NCBI RefSeq assembly: GCF_013167455.1
Contig: NZ_CP038328.1
Length of the DNA: 64,000 nt
Direction: 5' to 3' (one strand)
DNA from: Escherichia coli O157:H7
Lineage (GTDB): Bacteria; Pseudomonadota; Gammaproteobacteria; Enterobacterales; Enterobacteriaceae
Every line of letters starts with the position of its first letter. Position 1 is the stretch's first letter. Shown here piece by piece: positions 8,087 to 17,946 of the stretch. The notes under the pieces are model-generated. The model ran no database searches and was not told the origin of the DNA. It saw only the letters and a list, made by a program, of their open reading frames with translations. The position numbers were made by a program, and so were the translations under genes.

Positions 8087-9748
8087 TTATATGAAAAAAA
8101 CCTCATACGCTTTCTTTTTCGGTTCCGGATTCAGGGACATCAGGGACACCGCATTGAAGAGCGCCATCAGCGGGTCAATTTTTCCCCGTCCGCTGGCCTG
8201 TTTGGTGATAAGAATGGCGTTACCTTTAGGCTCCACCCGGGCATTACCGACACACCAGGCCATCAGGGGCTGATCACCGTGAATCAGCACCCCTTCAGCC
8301 AGTTTGCGCTCGGTGGTTTTGATGGCCCCGCCCAGCTTCCAGCCCTGGCTTATCCCCACCACACTCTCATCGGGGATCCCGGCTTCCGCCAGTGAATCCA
8401 GAATCTGCCCCACACCTGACGGGTCAATACCGATATGATCCAGTAACTCAGCCTCATGAATACGACGCACATACTCCGCCACTTCCGCCGTGTCATCCCC
8501 GACCCGACGGACAATCGTCATGTCTCCACAGGCCACAAAATCCTGAAACCGGGATGCCTCACTCTTCCGTCTGACCACCGCGGTTTCATGCACCCAGGCA
8601 TGGCCCCAGCCCAGCCATTCGCGGGTTTCCCTGTCACGGCCAATCACGTACATTCCCAGCAGATCATCCAGGCCCCCGCCGTCAATCCCCACCGTCACCA
8701 CATCAGCGCGCTGCAGGATATCGTCCAGGCTGACGCGCCTGCCCTGCTGCTCCCAGAAATCCGCGCCCGCCCAGCGGTCAGAACGCAGGGCAAGACCGAT
8801 TTCCACATTGGCGTGTTTTGACATGAAGCCACGAAATGCTTCCTCACCAGCCTCCCGGGCTTTACGGTACTCCCGGTACAGAAAGGCCTCATCCACCGAA
8901 TAACCGAGATTCGGGTTAACCATGGCGAGGTTTTCCATCAGCAGGTGAGCCCCGCTTTCCACCATTTCAGGAGGATGCTCAAAAATCACCGGCAGAAAGT
9001 GCGGATCATGAATTTTGCCGTCACGGACATCCCGGGCATACTGCAGTTTCTGTCTGAACACCCCGGCGGGCGGTTCATTCGACTGGGTGGTCGTATACAC
9101 CACAAACCCTTCCGGACGGGAGGCAAGCCCGCCGATGGCTTCACGTAGCATGTCTTCCGCCTTGTACTGCTTGCCAAACAGCCACAGTTCATCAATCAGT
9201 GTCCCCACGGACTTGATACCGGACACCGTATTCGGATCGGCTGCCACCACCTTCAGGGTGGTGTCCGTCACCCGATGGGTGATGGTCCGGATATGTGTCT
9301 GCACCTGACAGAGGTCATCCAGATCATCGTCCCGTCGTACCATATCCCTGGCAGGGTTGAAGGCGTTAGCCGCCACCTCCACGGTCGGGGCCAGAATGGT
9401 GTAGCCCGCCGCCTGCCGCCAGTTCAGTAACAGCGCCGTCATCATGATCCCCGCAGCCAGCGTGGACTTACTGTTTTTCTTGGGGATAAGGATAAACACT
9501 TCCTTGATATGGCGAACACCGGTCTGCGCATCGTAGGAGCCAAACAGGGCCGCCACCAGGTCAAACACCCACGGTGCACAGGACTCCCCGAATGTCGGGC
9601 TACCCGGTGCATCCACAATTCGCAGTTGTTTAAAAATCGCCAGTGCATGTGCAGCCTGGTCCGGATAAATCGGAGCCGGAATAATCGACAGCCCCTTTTT
9701 CAGGCGCTCTGCCCAGTCCGGGCAGGCCGTGCTCCACACAGGTATCAT
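8087..9748 (-). CDS. terminase large subunit
   Basis: 553-aa ORF; 4-nt overlap with terS; position and size typical, sequence resembles HK97-type large terminases. Confidence 0.8.
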   Translation of the reverse strand: MIPVWSTACPDWAERLKKGLSIIPAPIYPDQAAHALAIFKQLRIVDAPGSPTFGESCAPWVFDLVAALFGSYDAQTGVRHIKEVFILIPKKNSKSTLAAGIMMTALLLNWRQAAGYTILAPTVEVAANAFNPARDMVRRDDDLDDLCQVQTHIRTITHRVTDTTLKVVAADPNTVSGIKSVGTLIDELWLFGKQYKAEDMLREAIGGLASRPEGFVVYTTTQSNEPPAGVFRQKLQYARDVRDGKIHDPHFLPVIFEHPPEMVESGAHLLMENLAMVNPNLGYSVDEAFLYREYRKAREAGEEAFRGFMSKHANVEIGLALRSDRWAGADFWEQQGRRVSLDDILQRADVVTVGIDGGGLDDLLGMYVIGRDRETREWLGWGHAWVHETAVVRRKSEASRFQDFVACGDMTIVRRVGDDTAEVAEYVRRIHEAELLDHIGIDPSGVGQILDSLAEAGIPDESVVGISQGWKLGGAIKTTERKLAEGVLIHGDQPLMAWCVGNARVEPKGNAILITKQASGRGKIDPLMALFNAVSLMSLNPEPKKKAYEVFFI

Positions 9749-10308
9749 CCGTTGCCCTCATTATCATTATTCACCACCAGGCGGGGTGGTGGTGGCACCG
9801 CAAAACGGTTAGCCGCTTTTTTCGCCGCGTCACCTTTTGCCGATTTTTTACCGGCATCCCCTTTTTTATGGTGCGTGAACTGCGCCAGCTTATAAGCCGC
9901 ATCCAGCGCCAGCCTGGGGTCGGTATTAATGTTCTCCACCAGAAGACGCCCCATCGCTTTCACCGGATCGGGAAGACCATCCTCCATATATTCAATACCA
10001 GGAGACATCACCGCGGACGGTGGCATCTCCGGATTGTTTTCATCCGGCTGTGGTATTGCAGCCGCCTCACGGCGACGGGGTTTATCCTCCTGCTCTGATT
10101 TTTTCTGCCGGTAAACAGGAACCTCATCCACCTCCACCGTCTCGCATTGTTTACGGGCTATAAACGCAAGCACCTCCGGATCTTTTGCCAGCTGCGAGCC
10201 TTTAACCCTGGCGGTCTTCGCCGAATAACCAGCGGCAATGGCTGACGCTGTTTTGTTTTTCCCGGACATGAGCGCCAGCGCAAATTTTCGTTTTTGCGTT
10301 GTCAGCAC
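9745..10308 (-). CDS. terminase small subunit
   Basis: 187-aa ORF immediately upstream of terL and downstream of the cos-like region; N-terminal MLTTQKRKFALALMSGKNKTASAIAAGYS. Confidence 0.65.
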   Translation of the reverse strand: MLTTQKRKFALALMSGKNKTASAIAAGYSAKTARVKGSQLAKDPEVLAFIARKQCETVEVDEVPVYRQKKSEQEDKPRRREAAAIPQPDENNPEMPPSAVMSPGIEYMEDGLPDPVKAMGRLLVENINTDPRLALDAAYKLAQFTHHKKGDAGKKSAKGDAAKKAANRFAVPPPPRLVVNNDNEGNG

Positions 10309-10597
10309 AGCCTCCTCCCGGGTCCAGAACGCACTCAGCCGGGTATGGTTCAGCCCATTTTTCCCGGCGTCTCATGCCGCAAATGTTAACTGCTGCCTGG
10401 TTAACATTTGCTGAAAAAGCCAGTTAACATTTTTTCCGCACAACAAACTGAATAATAAAGATAAAAACCGCAAAAATGCCCGGACAGCCAGTTAACATGT
10501 TAACTGCCCTGAAACGGGAATTTTTTCTCTGCGTGAGAGGGGGGGCGGTGTCCGGGGCGATCGTTTTTTTCGCCGGATGATCCCCCCCCGGGGCGGG
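10309..10597. other. putative cos / terminase recognition region
   Basis: Five GTTAAC-centred repeats (agccagttaacat twice, aaatgttaac…ggttaacattt inverted repeat) followed by a G/C-rich element gagggggggcggtgtccggggcgatcg…gatccccccccggggcggg; lies between HNH and terS. Confidence 0.5.
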
Positions 10598-10963
10598 TCA
10601 CAGTCCGATGATATCGTCTGCCCTGCCATGACCTCCGGACACCTCCGGCAGCGTCGGGTCCGGCATACCACTCGCCGTTTCACTGACTGACTTCTGGCGA
10701 TGGCATTCGGTACAGAGCGTCCAGAGATTCGTCTCCTCATTACCACCACCGAACTGAAGTGCAATTCGGTGATCGAGTTCACTGTCACAGAGGTCAACCA
10801 CACGACCACAGAGACAGCACTGCCCGGCATCCCTGAGCCAGATACGGCGCTTGAGGGAAACCCGGGCACTACCACTGACCCGACGCTGTTCACCCTTCAG
10901 GACATTCACCCGCCGGGTGTTCAGAGTTTTGATTCTGCCCGGTAACGTACGAAGCACAGCCAT
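10598..10963 (-). CDS. HNH endonuclease (terminase-associated)
   Basis: 121 aa; CCLCGRVVDLCDSELDHRIALQFGGGNEETNLWTLCTECH motif; HNH-cos-terS-terL arrangement as in HK97. Confidence 0.8.
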   Translation of the reverse strand: MAVLRTLPGRIKTLNTRRVNVLKGEQRRVSGSARVSLKRRIWLRDAGQCCLCGRVVDLCDSELDHRIALQFGGGNEETNLWTLCTECHRQKSVSETASGMPDPTLPEVSGGHGRADDIIGL

Positions 10964-11004
10964 GTAAAATCCTCGCCATATAACTTGTCACCAGAGGAAA
11001 GAAA

Positions 11005-11232
11005 ATGTCATCGAAAAACCGGACCCGCAGAACAACAACCCGCAACATCCGATTTCCAAACCAGATGATTGAACAAATTAACATCGCTCTTGACCAGAAA
11101 GGTTCAGAAAATTTTTCTGCGTGGGTCATTGAATCTTGCCGCCGGGAGCTGGCAGCAGACATAAAATATGCCCGTCAGTTGACTATAAAAAAGAATGATA
11201 CACAGTATGCTCTGCGATGGCTGTTCATATAA
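11005..11232 (+). CDS. ribbon-helix-helix-like small protein (possibly YlcI/YnfO-like)
   Basis: 75-aa plus-strand ORF opposite to the late operon; RNIRFPNQMIEQINIALDQKG…FSAWVIESCRREL looks like a beta-alpha-alpha fold. Confidence 0.4.
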   Translation: MSSKNRTRRTTTRNIRFPNQMIEQINIALDQKGSENFSAWVIESCRRELAADIKYARQLTIKKNDTQYALRWLFI

Positions 11233-11594
11233 CTATTTCTTTATATTGCTGAATTTATAAAAACTCACAGACATTAGCTGTATTAATTCCGAATTGAAAT
11301 AATCAGCCATATAGAATAAAAATAAAGCATAACAATAATAATCTTCTACCCAATCAGTACATTACTGCTGTGACTCCAACACGGCAGTTTTTTTATTGAA
11401 CAGATTCCAGTTTCTTCCACCATCGCACCGGACGGGCGACCATGAGGGGAGAACGCCGCGCTCCGTTTACGCGGTAAACCCCGGTGTGTATCGTTTTTGA
11501 TTATCCCCGCACACTCTCGCAGAGGAGTCTCCCTGTCGGGCTGCGGTCTCTGTTAATGCAGGAATACGGCGACGATACGGCGCATCAGCAAAAC

Positions 11595-12062
11595 TTAGTT
11601 CAGGCACTGAGTGCGGATATAGTCCTGTGCCCCTTCCAGCTGCTTCTGCATTGTCATCAACCGTTCTCTGAGGATGAAATAATCCCGTTCAGCGGTGTCT
11701 GCCAGTCGGGGGCCGGTTGCATTATCCACGCCGGAGGTGCCGGTGGCTTCACGCACGGTACCGGAGCAGGTGGCGTTGATCCGCAGGCGCTTACGACCAG
11801 CGGCAACATCAGCACGCAGAGTTTCATTTTCAGCTCTCGCATCGGCTAACTCCCTCGAGTATTTTGCATCGAGCGCAGCAACATCACGCTGGCGCACCTG
11901 CATGTCAGTAATGGTGGCATTCGCCTGTTCCAGCTCTCTGGCTTTTTTATCGCGCTGCGCTTTGTAGGTGAGCGCGTTGTCACGGTAATGGTTTGTTGCC
12001 AGCCACAGCGCACCACAGCCAACCGCCAGGACAATAATCACCACACACAGAACACGGTTCAT
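11595..12062 (-). CDS. Rz-like i-spanin
   Basis: 155 aa; N-terminal transmembrane segment then coiled-coil; last gene of lysis cassette. Confidence 0.8.
   Translation of the reverse strand: MNRVLCVVIIVLAVGCGALWLATNHYRDNALTYKAQRDKKARELEQANATITDMQVRQRDVAALDAKYSRELADARAENETLRADVAAGRKRLRINATCSGTVREATGTSGVDNATGPRLADTAERDYFILRERLMTMQKQLEGAQDYIRTQCLN
11657..11842 (-). CDS. Rz1-like o-spanin lipoprotein, embedded in Rz in another frame
   Basis: [34 protein letters not shown]: lipobox VVSAC plus proline-rich body; probable start at 11827. Confidence 0.75.
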   Translation of the reverse strand: MRELKMKLCVLMLPLVVSACGSTPPAPVPCVKPPAPPAWIMQPAPDWQTPLNGIISSSENG

Positions 12063-12215
12063 CTCTCTTTCACCCCACCAGTCCCGATAACGTCAGGACT
12101 CGCCAGGCGGTGGAAAAGAAAATGGCAACCAGCATGACTAAAAATGAAATGCCGACAAGTACACAGAGGCTCTTCACCAGCGTTATGAGTTTATCTGATA
12201 TCATTAGCCACCCCA

Positions 12216-12785
12216 TCAATCCGCCTTTGTTATTTTCCCTTTGCCTGTATCAGCCAGGACAAAATCAATCAGCATATTCGCTTCATTTACCAGCGTACGG
12301 ATTTTTGATACATGCGCGGCTTTAACCTGTTTCCACTCATTCAGCCCGGTAGCAAACACACTGGCAATGTTTTTATCCCGTTTCATGTCAGCACAAGCCT
12401 GGTTGAGTTCTTCCATCACGCTCATTTTACGGGGATTAACGACAAAACCCTTCGTCCAGTACTCGTAAAGAACATCGTCGCACTCTTCCTGATACCGGAT
12501 GACCTTATCGCGGATTTCGGGTTTTACTTTGTTGGGATTAATGGTTTGTAGCCAGCCGGCAAGTTTTCGAAGTGGCATGGACACCATATTGCGTTGTTTC
12601 CCATCCTCAGCAACCATAACGATTTCCGTTATAGTTGACGCAAAACGCTGTCTTAACTTAGCCAACTGTGATTGCCAGGCCAGCCCCATCCCCGCAACGA
12701 CAGGTTTCATGGGAACGTATGGTTCGCCATTATGGTTAACTACATAAAGAGAGTTGCCGTGAAACGGCACGGCCATCATATTCAT
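12216..12785 (-). CDS. phage antirepressor (Ant/KilAC-type) within the lysis cassette
   Basis: 189-aa ORF between R and Rz; sequence family recalled from Stx-type prophages. Confidence 0.55.
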   Translation of the reverse strand: MNMMAVPFHGNSLYVVNHNGEPYVPMKPVVAGMGLAWQSQLAKLRQRFASTITEIVMVAEDGKQRNMVSMPLRKLAGWLQTINPNKVKPEIRDKVIRYQEECDDVLYEYWTKGFVVNPRKMSVMEELNQACADMKRDKNIASVFATGLNEWKQVKAAHVSKIRTLVNEANMLIDFVLADTGKGKITKAD

Positions 12786-13055
12786 CGGTTATTTCCTTTT
12801 AGTGATGAACCTTGTCTCACAGGAATCCAGCCCACAGAAAGGCACCGACAGCCAAACCGGTATCCTCAAGGGTCATCCTGAAAGGTTCTGTGTTGTGAGA
12901 TGCGCGTGAGATGCGCAGAAATGACAAAGGCATCATTACGGTGCCTGAGTGTTAAACAACTGTTTTGACTTTATTCACTTACATTTTGCCAATTTGCAGG
13001 ATTTCGTGTTATCCGTCCATGTAAGCAAACCTCATTTTTCAGCAAAATATTCTTC

Positions 13056-13589
13056 TTATCTGTCGATTCCCCAGCACGCCAGCGCGCTCTCCTGGTCACG
13101 ACGGGATATCTGACCGTAACAGTTGTTTGAACGAATACGGCAGTCTCTGCCACCGTCCTTAATCCACCAGCGAATCGCTTCGCAGGCACCTTTTCGATCA
13201 CCTGCATTAATTCGTCTGTAAAACGTCGACGGGAAACACTTACCGGGACCAATGTTGTACGGACAGAATGACGCGATCCCCGCTTTCTGGGGTTCGGTCA
13301 GCGGCACTTTGATGTTTTTCTCCACCCATGCCAGCGCCTTATCACGCTCAATGGCGTTAACCTGGTCGCATTTTTCCTTCGACAACTTCATGCCCGGGAC
13401 GACAGGTTTACCATCCACCAGGATGGCACCGCGGCAGATGGTCCAGATACCCGTACCATCACGGTATGCTGTGGTGTGGTTACCTTCCTTTTCATCCAGA
13501 AACTGGTCGAGGATTTCAGGCGCAGACGCCCCTGCACCAATCAGCGCCAGAACGGCAGCCGACAGGCCGTATCTGATTTTTGCGTTCAT
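13056..13589 (-). CDS. endolysin R (lysozyme with N-terminal signal-anchor)
   Basis: 177 aa; MNAKIRYGLSAAVLALIGAGASAPEIL… hydrophobic N-terminus, …HTTAYRDGTGIWTICRGA… lysozyme-like core. Confidence 0.8.
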   Translation of the reverse strand: MNAKIRYGLSAAVLALIGAGASAPEILDQFLDEKEGNHTTAYRDGTGIWTICRGAILVDGKPVVPGMKLSKEKCDQVNAIERDKALAWVEKNIKVPLTEPQKAGIASFCPYNIGPGKCFPSTFYRRINAGDRKGACEAIRWWIKDGGRDCRIRSNNCYGQISRRDQESALACWGIDR

Positions 13590-13639
13590 GGATATTTATC
13601 AGGATTTATCGATTTCAAATCCCTGGATATGTTAAGTCT

Positions 13640-13984
13640 TCAGGCCAGCGGTGGAGTCTTCAGAGAACCCGTAATTATTCCCGGTAGTTTTCCTCTGTAG
13701 GTTATCAACACATCCTGCGCCTCTAAAATGATGGGCCGCTTTTCCGGCAACGGACCATCCCCTTCACATAACCCGGCAGCAACATCCATGAAAAACTGCT
13801 TCGCCTGCTTTTTCGCCTCAGCTTCGTAAAACTCCAGCGTGGCACCTTCAGTACGGTCAAGACTAATCGCCACATCTGGCAACAACAGTGACGGATACCC
13901 ACCAATTTCCAGTGCCACAGTAACAGTAATCTTATCCGGGTAATTATTTATCCCTTTAACAACCAGTTCGTATTTTTTCTTCAT
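13640..13984 (-). CDS. hypothetical protein between holin and endolysin
   Basis: 114-aa ORF, same strand as S and R, no recognised motif. Confidence 0.4.
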   Translation of the reverse strand: MKKKYELVVKGINNYPDKITVTVALEIGGYPSLLLPDVAISLDRTEGATLEFYEAEAKKQAKQFFMDVAAGLCEGDGPLPEKRPIILEAQDVLITYRGKLPGIITGSLKTPPLA

Positions 13985-13988
13985 CGCT

Positions 13989-14195
13989 TTACTCTCCCCG
14001 CGCCGCCTTACGCTTATCTTCTTTAATCTTGAAATAAAGGTTTGTCAGATACGTCAGCAGGCCAAACAGCAGACTCCCCAGCACACCTATCGCCACCCAC
14101 TGGGACGGAGAGACTTTGTCCAGCAGCTGCAGTAACCAGTATCCCGTCCCCACCGCTGACGTGGTGTATGACACACCCGTTGTGATTTTTTCCAT
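13989..14195 (-). CDS. holin S
   Basis: 68 aa, [68 protein letters not shown]; two transmembrane segments, basic C-terminus; matches holin of Stx-type phages. Confidence 0.85.
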   Translation of the reverse strand: MEKITTGVSYTTSAVGTGYWLLQLLDKVSPSQWVAIGVLGSLLFGLLTYLTNLYFKIKEDKRKAARGE

Positions 14196-14642
14196 CTGAT
14201 GTATGTCTCCGTCACCGCCGACAGAAAATGAAAGTAAAGGAAAACAAAAAAGCCGCCAGTGTCACCCACTGACGGCCAACGCCGGGAGCCGTGATTATGG
14301 CATTCAGGCTCTGCTAAAAATGCCAGATAACATTCCGGCCTCCCCCGATTCAGGTTATAAATGACACAATATCTTGACAACATCCGTCACTGTCTGTCAG
14401 AAAATGTACTGCCATATAGAAGCAACATGTGAAGTACATCTATCCTTTTGAGCCAGCACCTCTCCACCGAAAGTCAGTGCTGGCTGTTTTTTTCCTTAAT
14501 AAAGCATCTGTAACTGAAACAATCCGCATATTGATAATATATTGACAGGCATCATTGCTGTCTGTGAAAAATAAGTCTCTACAAACATATAAGGCCTTTT
14601 AGCCAGCGTCTTCTTTTTCAGGTCAGTCGCTGGCTTTTTTTA

Positions 14643-16493
14643 TTATGCTGCCGGTGCATTTATCTCCAGCATCAGACTTTCTATCTCAACGCCATACGCT
14701 GCATTTTTTGTAACATCCGTCAGCGTCAGCGCATTCAGTCCCAGTGTCAGACTGTCTTTTATAACCTGGAATGCCGGGCCAGCCACTCCATTCAGTTTCG
14801 GAGTAACCGTGGCACTGCCGGCGGTGAACACCAGCTCCAGCGTCTGCCAGTCGTTACCGTAATCGCCGAACTCCCCCAGCTTCGTGTTTCCGGCTTTCCT
14901 GTGATGCATCAGATTCACTCTGCCGTCAGTGGTCTGAGTGAAGTACGACATCAGGAACGGATTACCGGTACCCGTCATCGCCACACCATCAGGAACGGGA
15001 GCATCCGTATACAGATAAATCCCCAGCCCGAACTGATTGTTGGTCAGCGCGCCTGACAGGCGGAACTTACAGGTCAGTCTGCCGCCCTGTGTCAGCAGGG
15101 TAATTGCGTCATCCACCGGATGCGTCAGGGACCAGGTTTTATTGCTCTGCTTGGTGATCTTAAATACACCATCTGACAACTGAATTCCGCCATCCTTAAT
15201 GCTCCAGCCCTGCGCAGCAGCCTCTCCGGCTGCCGGCAGCAGGGAGATTGTGCGAACGGACGTATCTGCAGACGGACCCGATGGCGTGTTGCCGCCGGGC
15301 GAGGGTTTGATTTCCGGTGCCTTACCACTGATGAAGGCTGAGGTGCGCCCGGCTGCGTTCAGAATAGCGGTTGCCAGACGATCCGGAATAATGCTCCTGC
15401 GCGCCCATGAACTGAAATGTGTCGGGCGGTTTGATGATACCTGGTTTCCATTCGTTCTCGATGCCGCACCGTAATATCCTGATGCCGGAATATCCGGATC
15501 TTCTGCCGGCGCGTTAGTGGCGGTATTGACGCCGTTACCGTCTGTCATGAAGGGCACAAAATAAACGCCCTCACTCTCCCTGTTTTTATACCCGCCGTAC
15601 ACGGTGTCGTACTGGGTAGCGTATGTATTTTTCCAGTAATACGTCGTGTCACCACAAATCCACGGCACATCTGCAGCACTGCCACCATGGCACTGCGCGT
15701 TAAACACGGAGAGGTCAGCACGAAACTGTGTCAGCATGGCTGTAAACAGCGCAGGTTGCTGTGCGTGGGTGGCGGCGCTCATGTCAAACTCTCCCTGCAT
15801 CCAGCACACCGCCAGCAACACATTTTTCGGGTTCTTCTGTAATGCAGCTTTAGTGCGCGCAATCAGGTCCTGATATAACGGTTTACCCACACCCCAGCGT
15901 GCCGAATCCTGGCTGGCCCCCGTGTCCGCACTGAATGTCCCCTCCGCGCCCTGGGTGAATGCAGAACCACCACGACAGCATGGTACCAGCAGGATCCCCG
16001 CGTTATTCGGGATATACGGGAGCAGTTTTTTGGCAATATGTAAGCCCTGGCCGACACAGCCGTACTGCCCTTTGCTCAGGTCTGCCTTCGGATGATTCAG
16101 CGTACTCATATCCTGCACATCATGCAGGCAGTGGTCGGCCGGAATAATATCGTTATATCTGCATGCAGCCCCACCCGGCGTAACTGTACTGCGGCGCGCC
16201 AGCTGTTTAATGCGCGGATCCGGAGCATCGTATGAATCCGGCAGCGGAAGCCCTTCACCGTAAGCCATGGCATTGGACTGCCCGGCCAGTACGATGACGT
16301 AGTACCAATCCGGCTCAGTTGCACCACTGACCACCACATCACCTTCTGCTGTAATCGCCTGCATCAGGGTATAAGGGGTTATGGCCACCGGACTACCAAA
16401 CGGCTGCCAGCCCTCTTTCAGTTTGTGTGTCAGCTTTTCCGCAAGGTCTGACGGCGACGCCGCCCTGACAACATCATAATGTTTAAATGTCAT
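14643..16493 (-). CDS. prophage sialate O-acetylesterase (NanS-p-like; N-terminal DUF1737 plus SGNH esterase)
   Basis: 616 aa; N-terminus MTFKHYDVVRAASPSDLAEKLTHKLKEGWQPFGSPVAITPY…; VIVLAGQSNAMAYG esterase motif; located upstream of S as in Stx phages. Confidence 0.75.
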   Translation of the reverse strand: MTFKHYDVVRAASPSDLAEKLTHKLKEGWQPFGSPVAITPYTLMQAITAEGDVVVSGATEPDWYYVIVLAGQSNAMAYGEGLPLPDSYDAPDPRIKQLARRSTVTPGGAACRYNDIIPADHCLHDVQDMSTLNHPKADLSKGQYGCVGQGLHIAKKLLPYIPNNAGILLVPCCRGGSAFTQGAEGTFSADTGASQDSARWGVGKPLYQDLIARTKAALQKNPKNVLLAVCWMQGEFDMSAATHAQQPALFTAMLTQFRADLSVFNAQCHGGSAADVPWICGDTTYYWKNTYATQYDTVYGGYKNRESEGVYFVPFMTDGNGVNTATNAPAEDPDIPASGYYGAASRTNGNQVSSNRPTHFSSWARRSIIPDRLATAILNAAGRTSAFISGKAPEIKPSPGGNTPSGPSADTSVRTISLLPAAGEAAAQGWSIKDGGIQLSDGVFKITKQSNKTWSLTHPVDDAITLLTQGGRLTCKFRLSGALTNNQFGLGIYLYTDAPVPDGVAMTGTGNPFLMSYFTQTTDGRVNLMHHRKAGNTKLGEFGDYGNDWQTLELVFTAGSATVTPKLNGVAGPAFQVIKDSLTLGLNALTLTDVTKNAAYGVEIESLMLEINAPAA

Positions 16494-16702
16494 TATTCCT
16501 CCCGGCCGGGATAGTGTATTAAATCAGATATGGAGTGGGCTGTAGTCCGGAAGCCTGAATGACACACGGGGACTACAGCCCAAGAAATGAAAAAAGGCCA
16601 CGCAGTTGCGCAGCCTGATAAACCCTGGTTAAAATCCACACGATAACAACACAACAATATCAGTATCTCATGCTATTGCCCGAACCCATTCGGGCATTTT
16701 TT

Positions 16703-16735
16703 TACCCATAAAAAATGCCCCTCCGGAGAGGGGCA
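16703..16735 (-). terminator. intrinsic terminator downstream of TerB-like gene
   Basis: gcccctccggagaggggc stem with U-run on the minus strand. Confidence 0.5.
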
Positions 16736-17065
16736 TGTTTGCATGCACATTCTTTTTCTTGCATGGTGCCGGGTGCCTCCCGGTGAATTCAGTATCAGCA
16801 CCTGAATCCGCGATTATCCCATATACCTGGTTGCTGATCGCCCCTCCGCACAGGGGGATTCACCATGCAGAAGTGTTTTTAATAAACAGCAAACAAAAAA
16901 ATCAAGCATTATGCAGGCTGTTTCTTTTTATCACCGGCCACAGCAATACCACAATGCCGCAGACCAGCACCCCATCCGCCAGCACCGACATGATTCTGCT
17001 GGTGAAATCCACCATCACCACCAGAAACAGCAGGAGTGCAGCCACAGCCAGGCGCAGTTTTACCG

Positions 17066-17497
17066 TCACAGGTGATTCTCCAGACGAAGACCCAGAACAC
17101 CGGCAATCTCTTCCAGCACCTTGCGCTCTTCCGGCTCAATTTCGCCGTCTGCCTCCGCAATGGCCACCGCCACATCCAGCACATCTTCCGCTTCACGCGT
17201 ATCGTGTTTCACATCCTCAATCTCGCGTAACGCGGCACGACGACCAATTTTAAAATTGGTATCCAGCTGACCGATAATGGTTGCGCTAATCGCATTAATT
17301 TCCGAGGTAAACGCAGACAACGCAGGCTGATTACGTAAGACCTGTTCGATCTTCGCTTTCTCGGATGCCTCGCATTCACCATCTGCATAGGCCACCAGGT
17401 ATGCAGCGTTAATCACCGCCTGTGCCAGATCGCGTTTCTCAAACTTTTTAATTTCCGCTGCCGCTCTGCGGGTTTTCTTTTTGAAGATTCCAAACAT
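17066..17497 (-). CDS. TerB-like (tellurite-resistance TerB domain) protein
   Basis: Start MFGIFKKKTRRAAAEIKKFEKRDLAQAVINAAYLVAYADGECEASEKAKIEQ…, acidic C-terminal half; occupies the position between the tRNAs and nanS-like gene. Confidence 0.6.
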   Translation of the reverse strand: MFGIFKKKTRRAAAEIKKFEKRDLAQAVINAAYLVAYADGECEASEKAKIEQVLRNQPALSAFTSEINAISATIIGQLDTNFKIGRRAALREIEDVKHDTREAEDVLDVAVAIAEADGEIEPEERKVLEEIAGVLGLRLENHL

Positions 17498-17666
17498 CGT
17501 GACGTTCCTTTGGGTGGGTGAGCCAACGCCCGGGAGCGATCTGCCCACAGAGAAAGTCACACTGACCACTCCGTAAGCTCACCCCCGAAAGGCTCTGTGG
17601 TTGATATGCGCCGGGCGTGGCGCAGATACAAAAAAGGCCCGCCGAAGCGAGCCTGGAAAATAAGTG

Positions 17667-17743
17667 TGGCGCGTTGTAGTGGAGTCTAACCACTGACCGA
17701 TTGCTTAGAAGGCAATTGCTCTGTCCGACTGAGCTAACAACGC
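17667..17743 (-). tRNA. tRNA-Arg (anticodon UCU)
   Basis: Cloverleaf gcgttgt/acaacgc acceptor, anticodon loop cuUCUaa, unusual T-loop ttagact, CCA encoded. Confidence 0.75.
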
Positions 17744-17756
17744 ATGATGCTGATAA

Positions 17757-17833
17757 TGGACCGCCATCGGGGACTTGAACCCCGCGCAGCCAGCTTCGAA
17801 GGCTGGCGCTCTGTCCCGATGAGCTAATAGCGG
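17757..17833 (-). tRNA. tRNA-Arg (anticodon UCG)
   Basis: Cloverleaf with anticodon stem ccagc/gctgg, loop cuUCGaa, T-arm cgggg-ttcaagt-ccccg, CCA encoded. Confidence 0.7.
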
Positions 17834-17842
17834 TATGTAATA

Positions 17843-17918
17843 TGGTGGCCCTTGCTGGATTTGAACCAGCGACCTGGCGATTATGAGTCGCTCGCTCTCA
17901 CCACTGAGCTAAAGGGCC
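17843..17918 (-). tRNA. ileZ: tRNA-Ile2 (anticodon CAU, ileX/ileZ-like)
   Basis: ggccctttagctcagtggtgagagcgagcgactCATaatcgcc…; near-identical to E. coli tRNA-Ile2 (ileX) from memory; first of three tRNAs downstream of Q. Confidence 0.75.
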
Positions 17919-17946
17919 GAGCCAAAAAATAATAATCAGATGAAAA

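Noticed and set aside
10492-10893. 133-aa ORF across the cos-like region and HNH gene
   Set aside because: Overlaps the well-supported HNH gene in another frame and runs through the G/C homopolymer tracts; likely spurious.
16500-17060. stxA/stxB genes downstream of the phage tRNAs
   Set aside because: Looked for the two-gene toxin operon expected here in Stx phages; only a TerB-like gene and non-coding sequence are present, and the 172-aa plus-strand ORF 16735-17253 is an antisense artefact.
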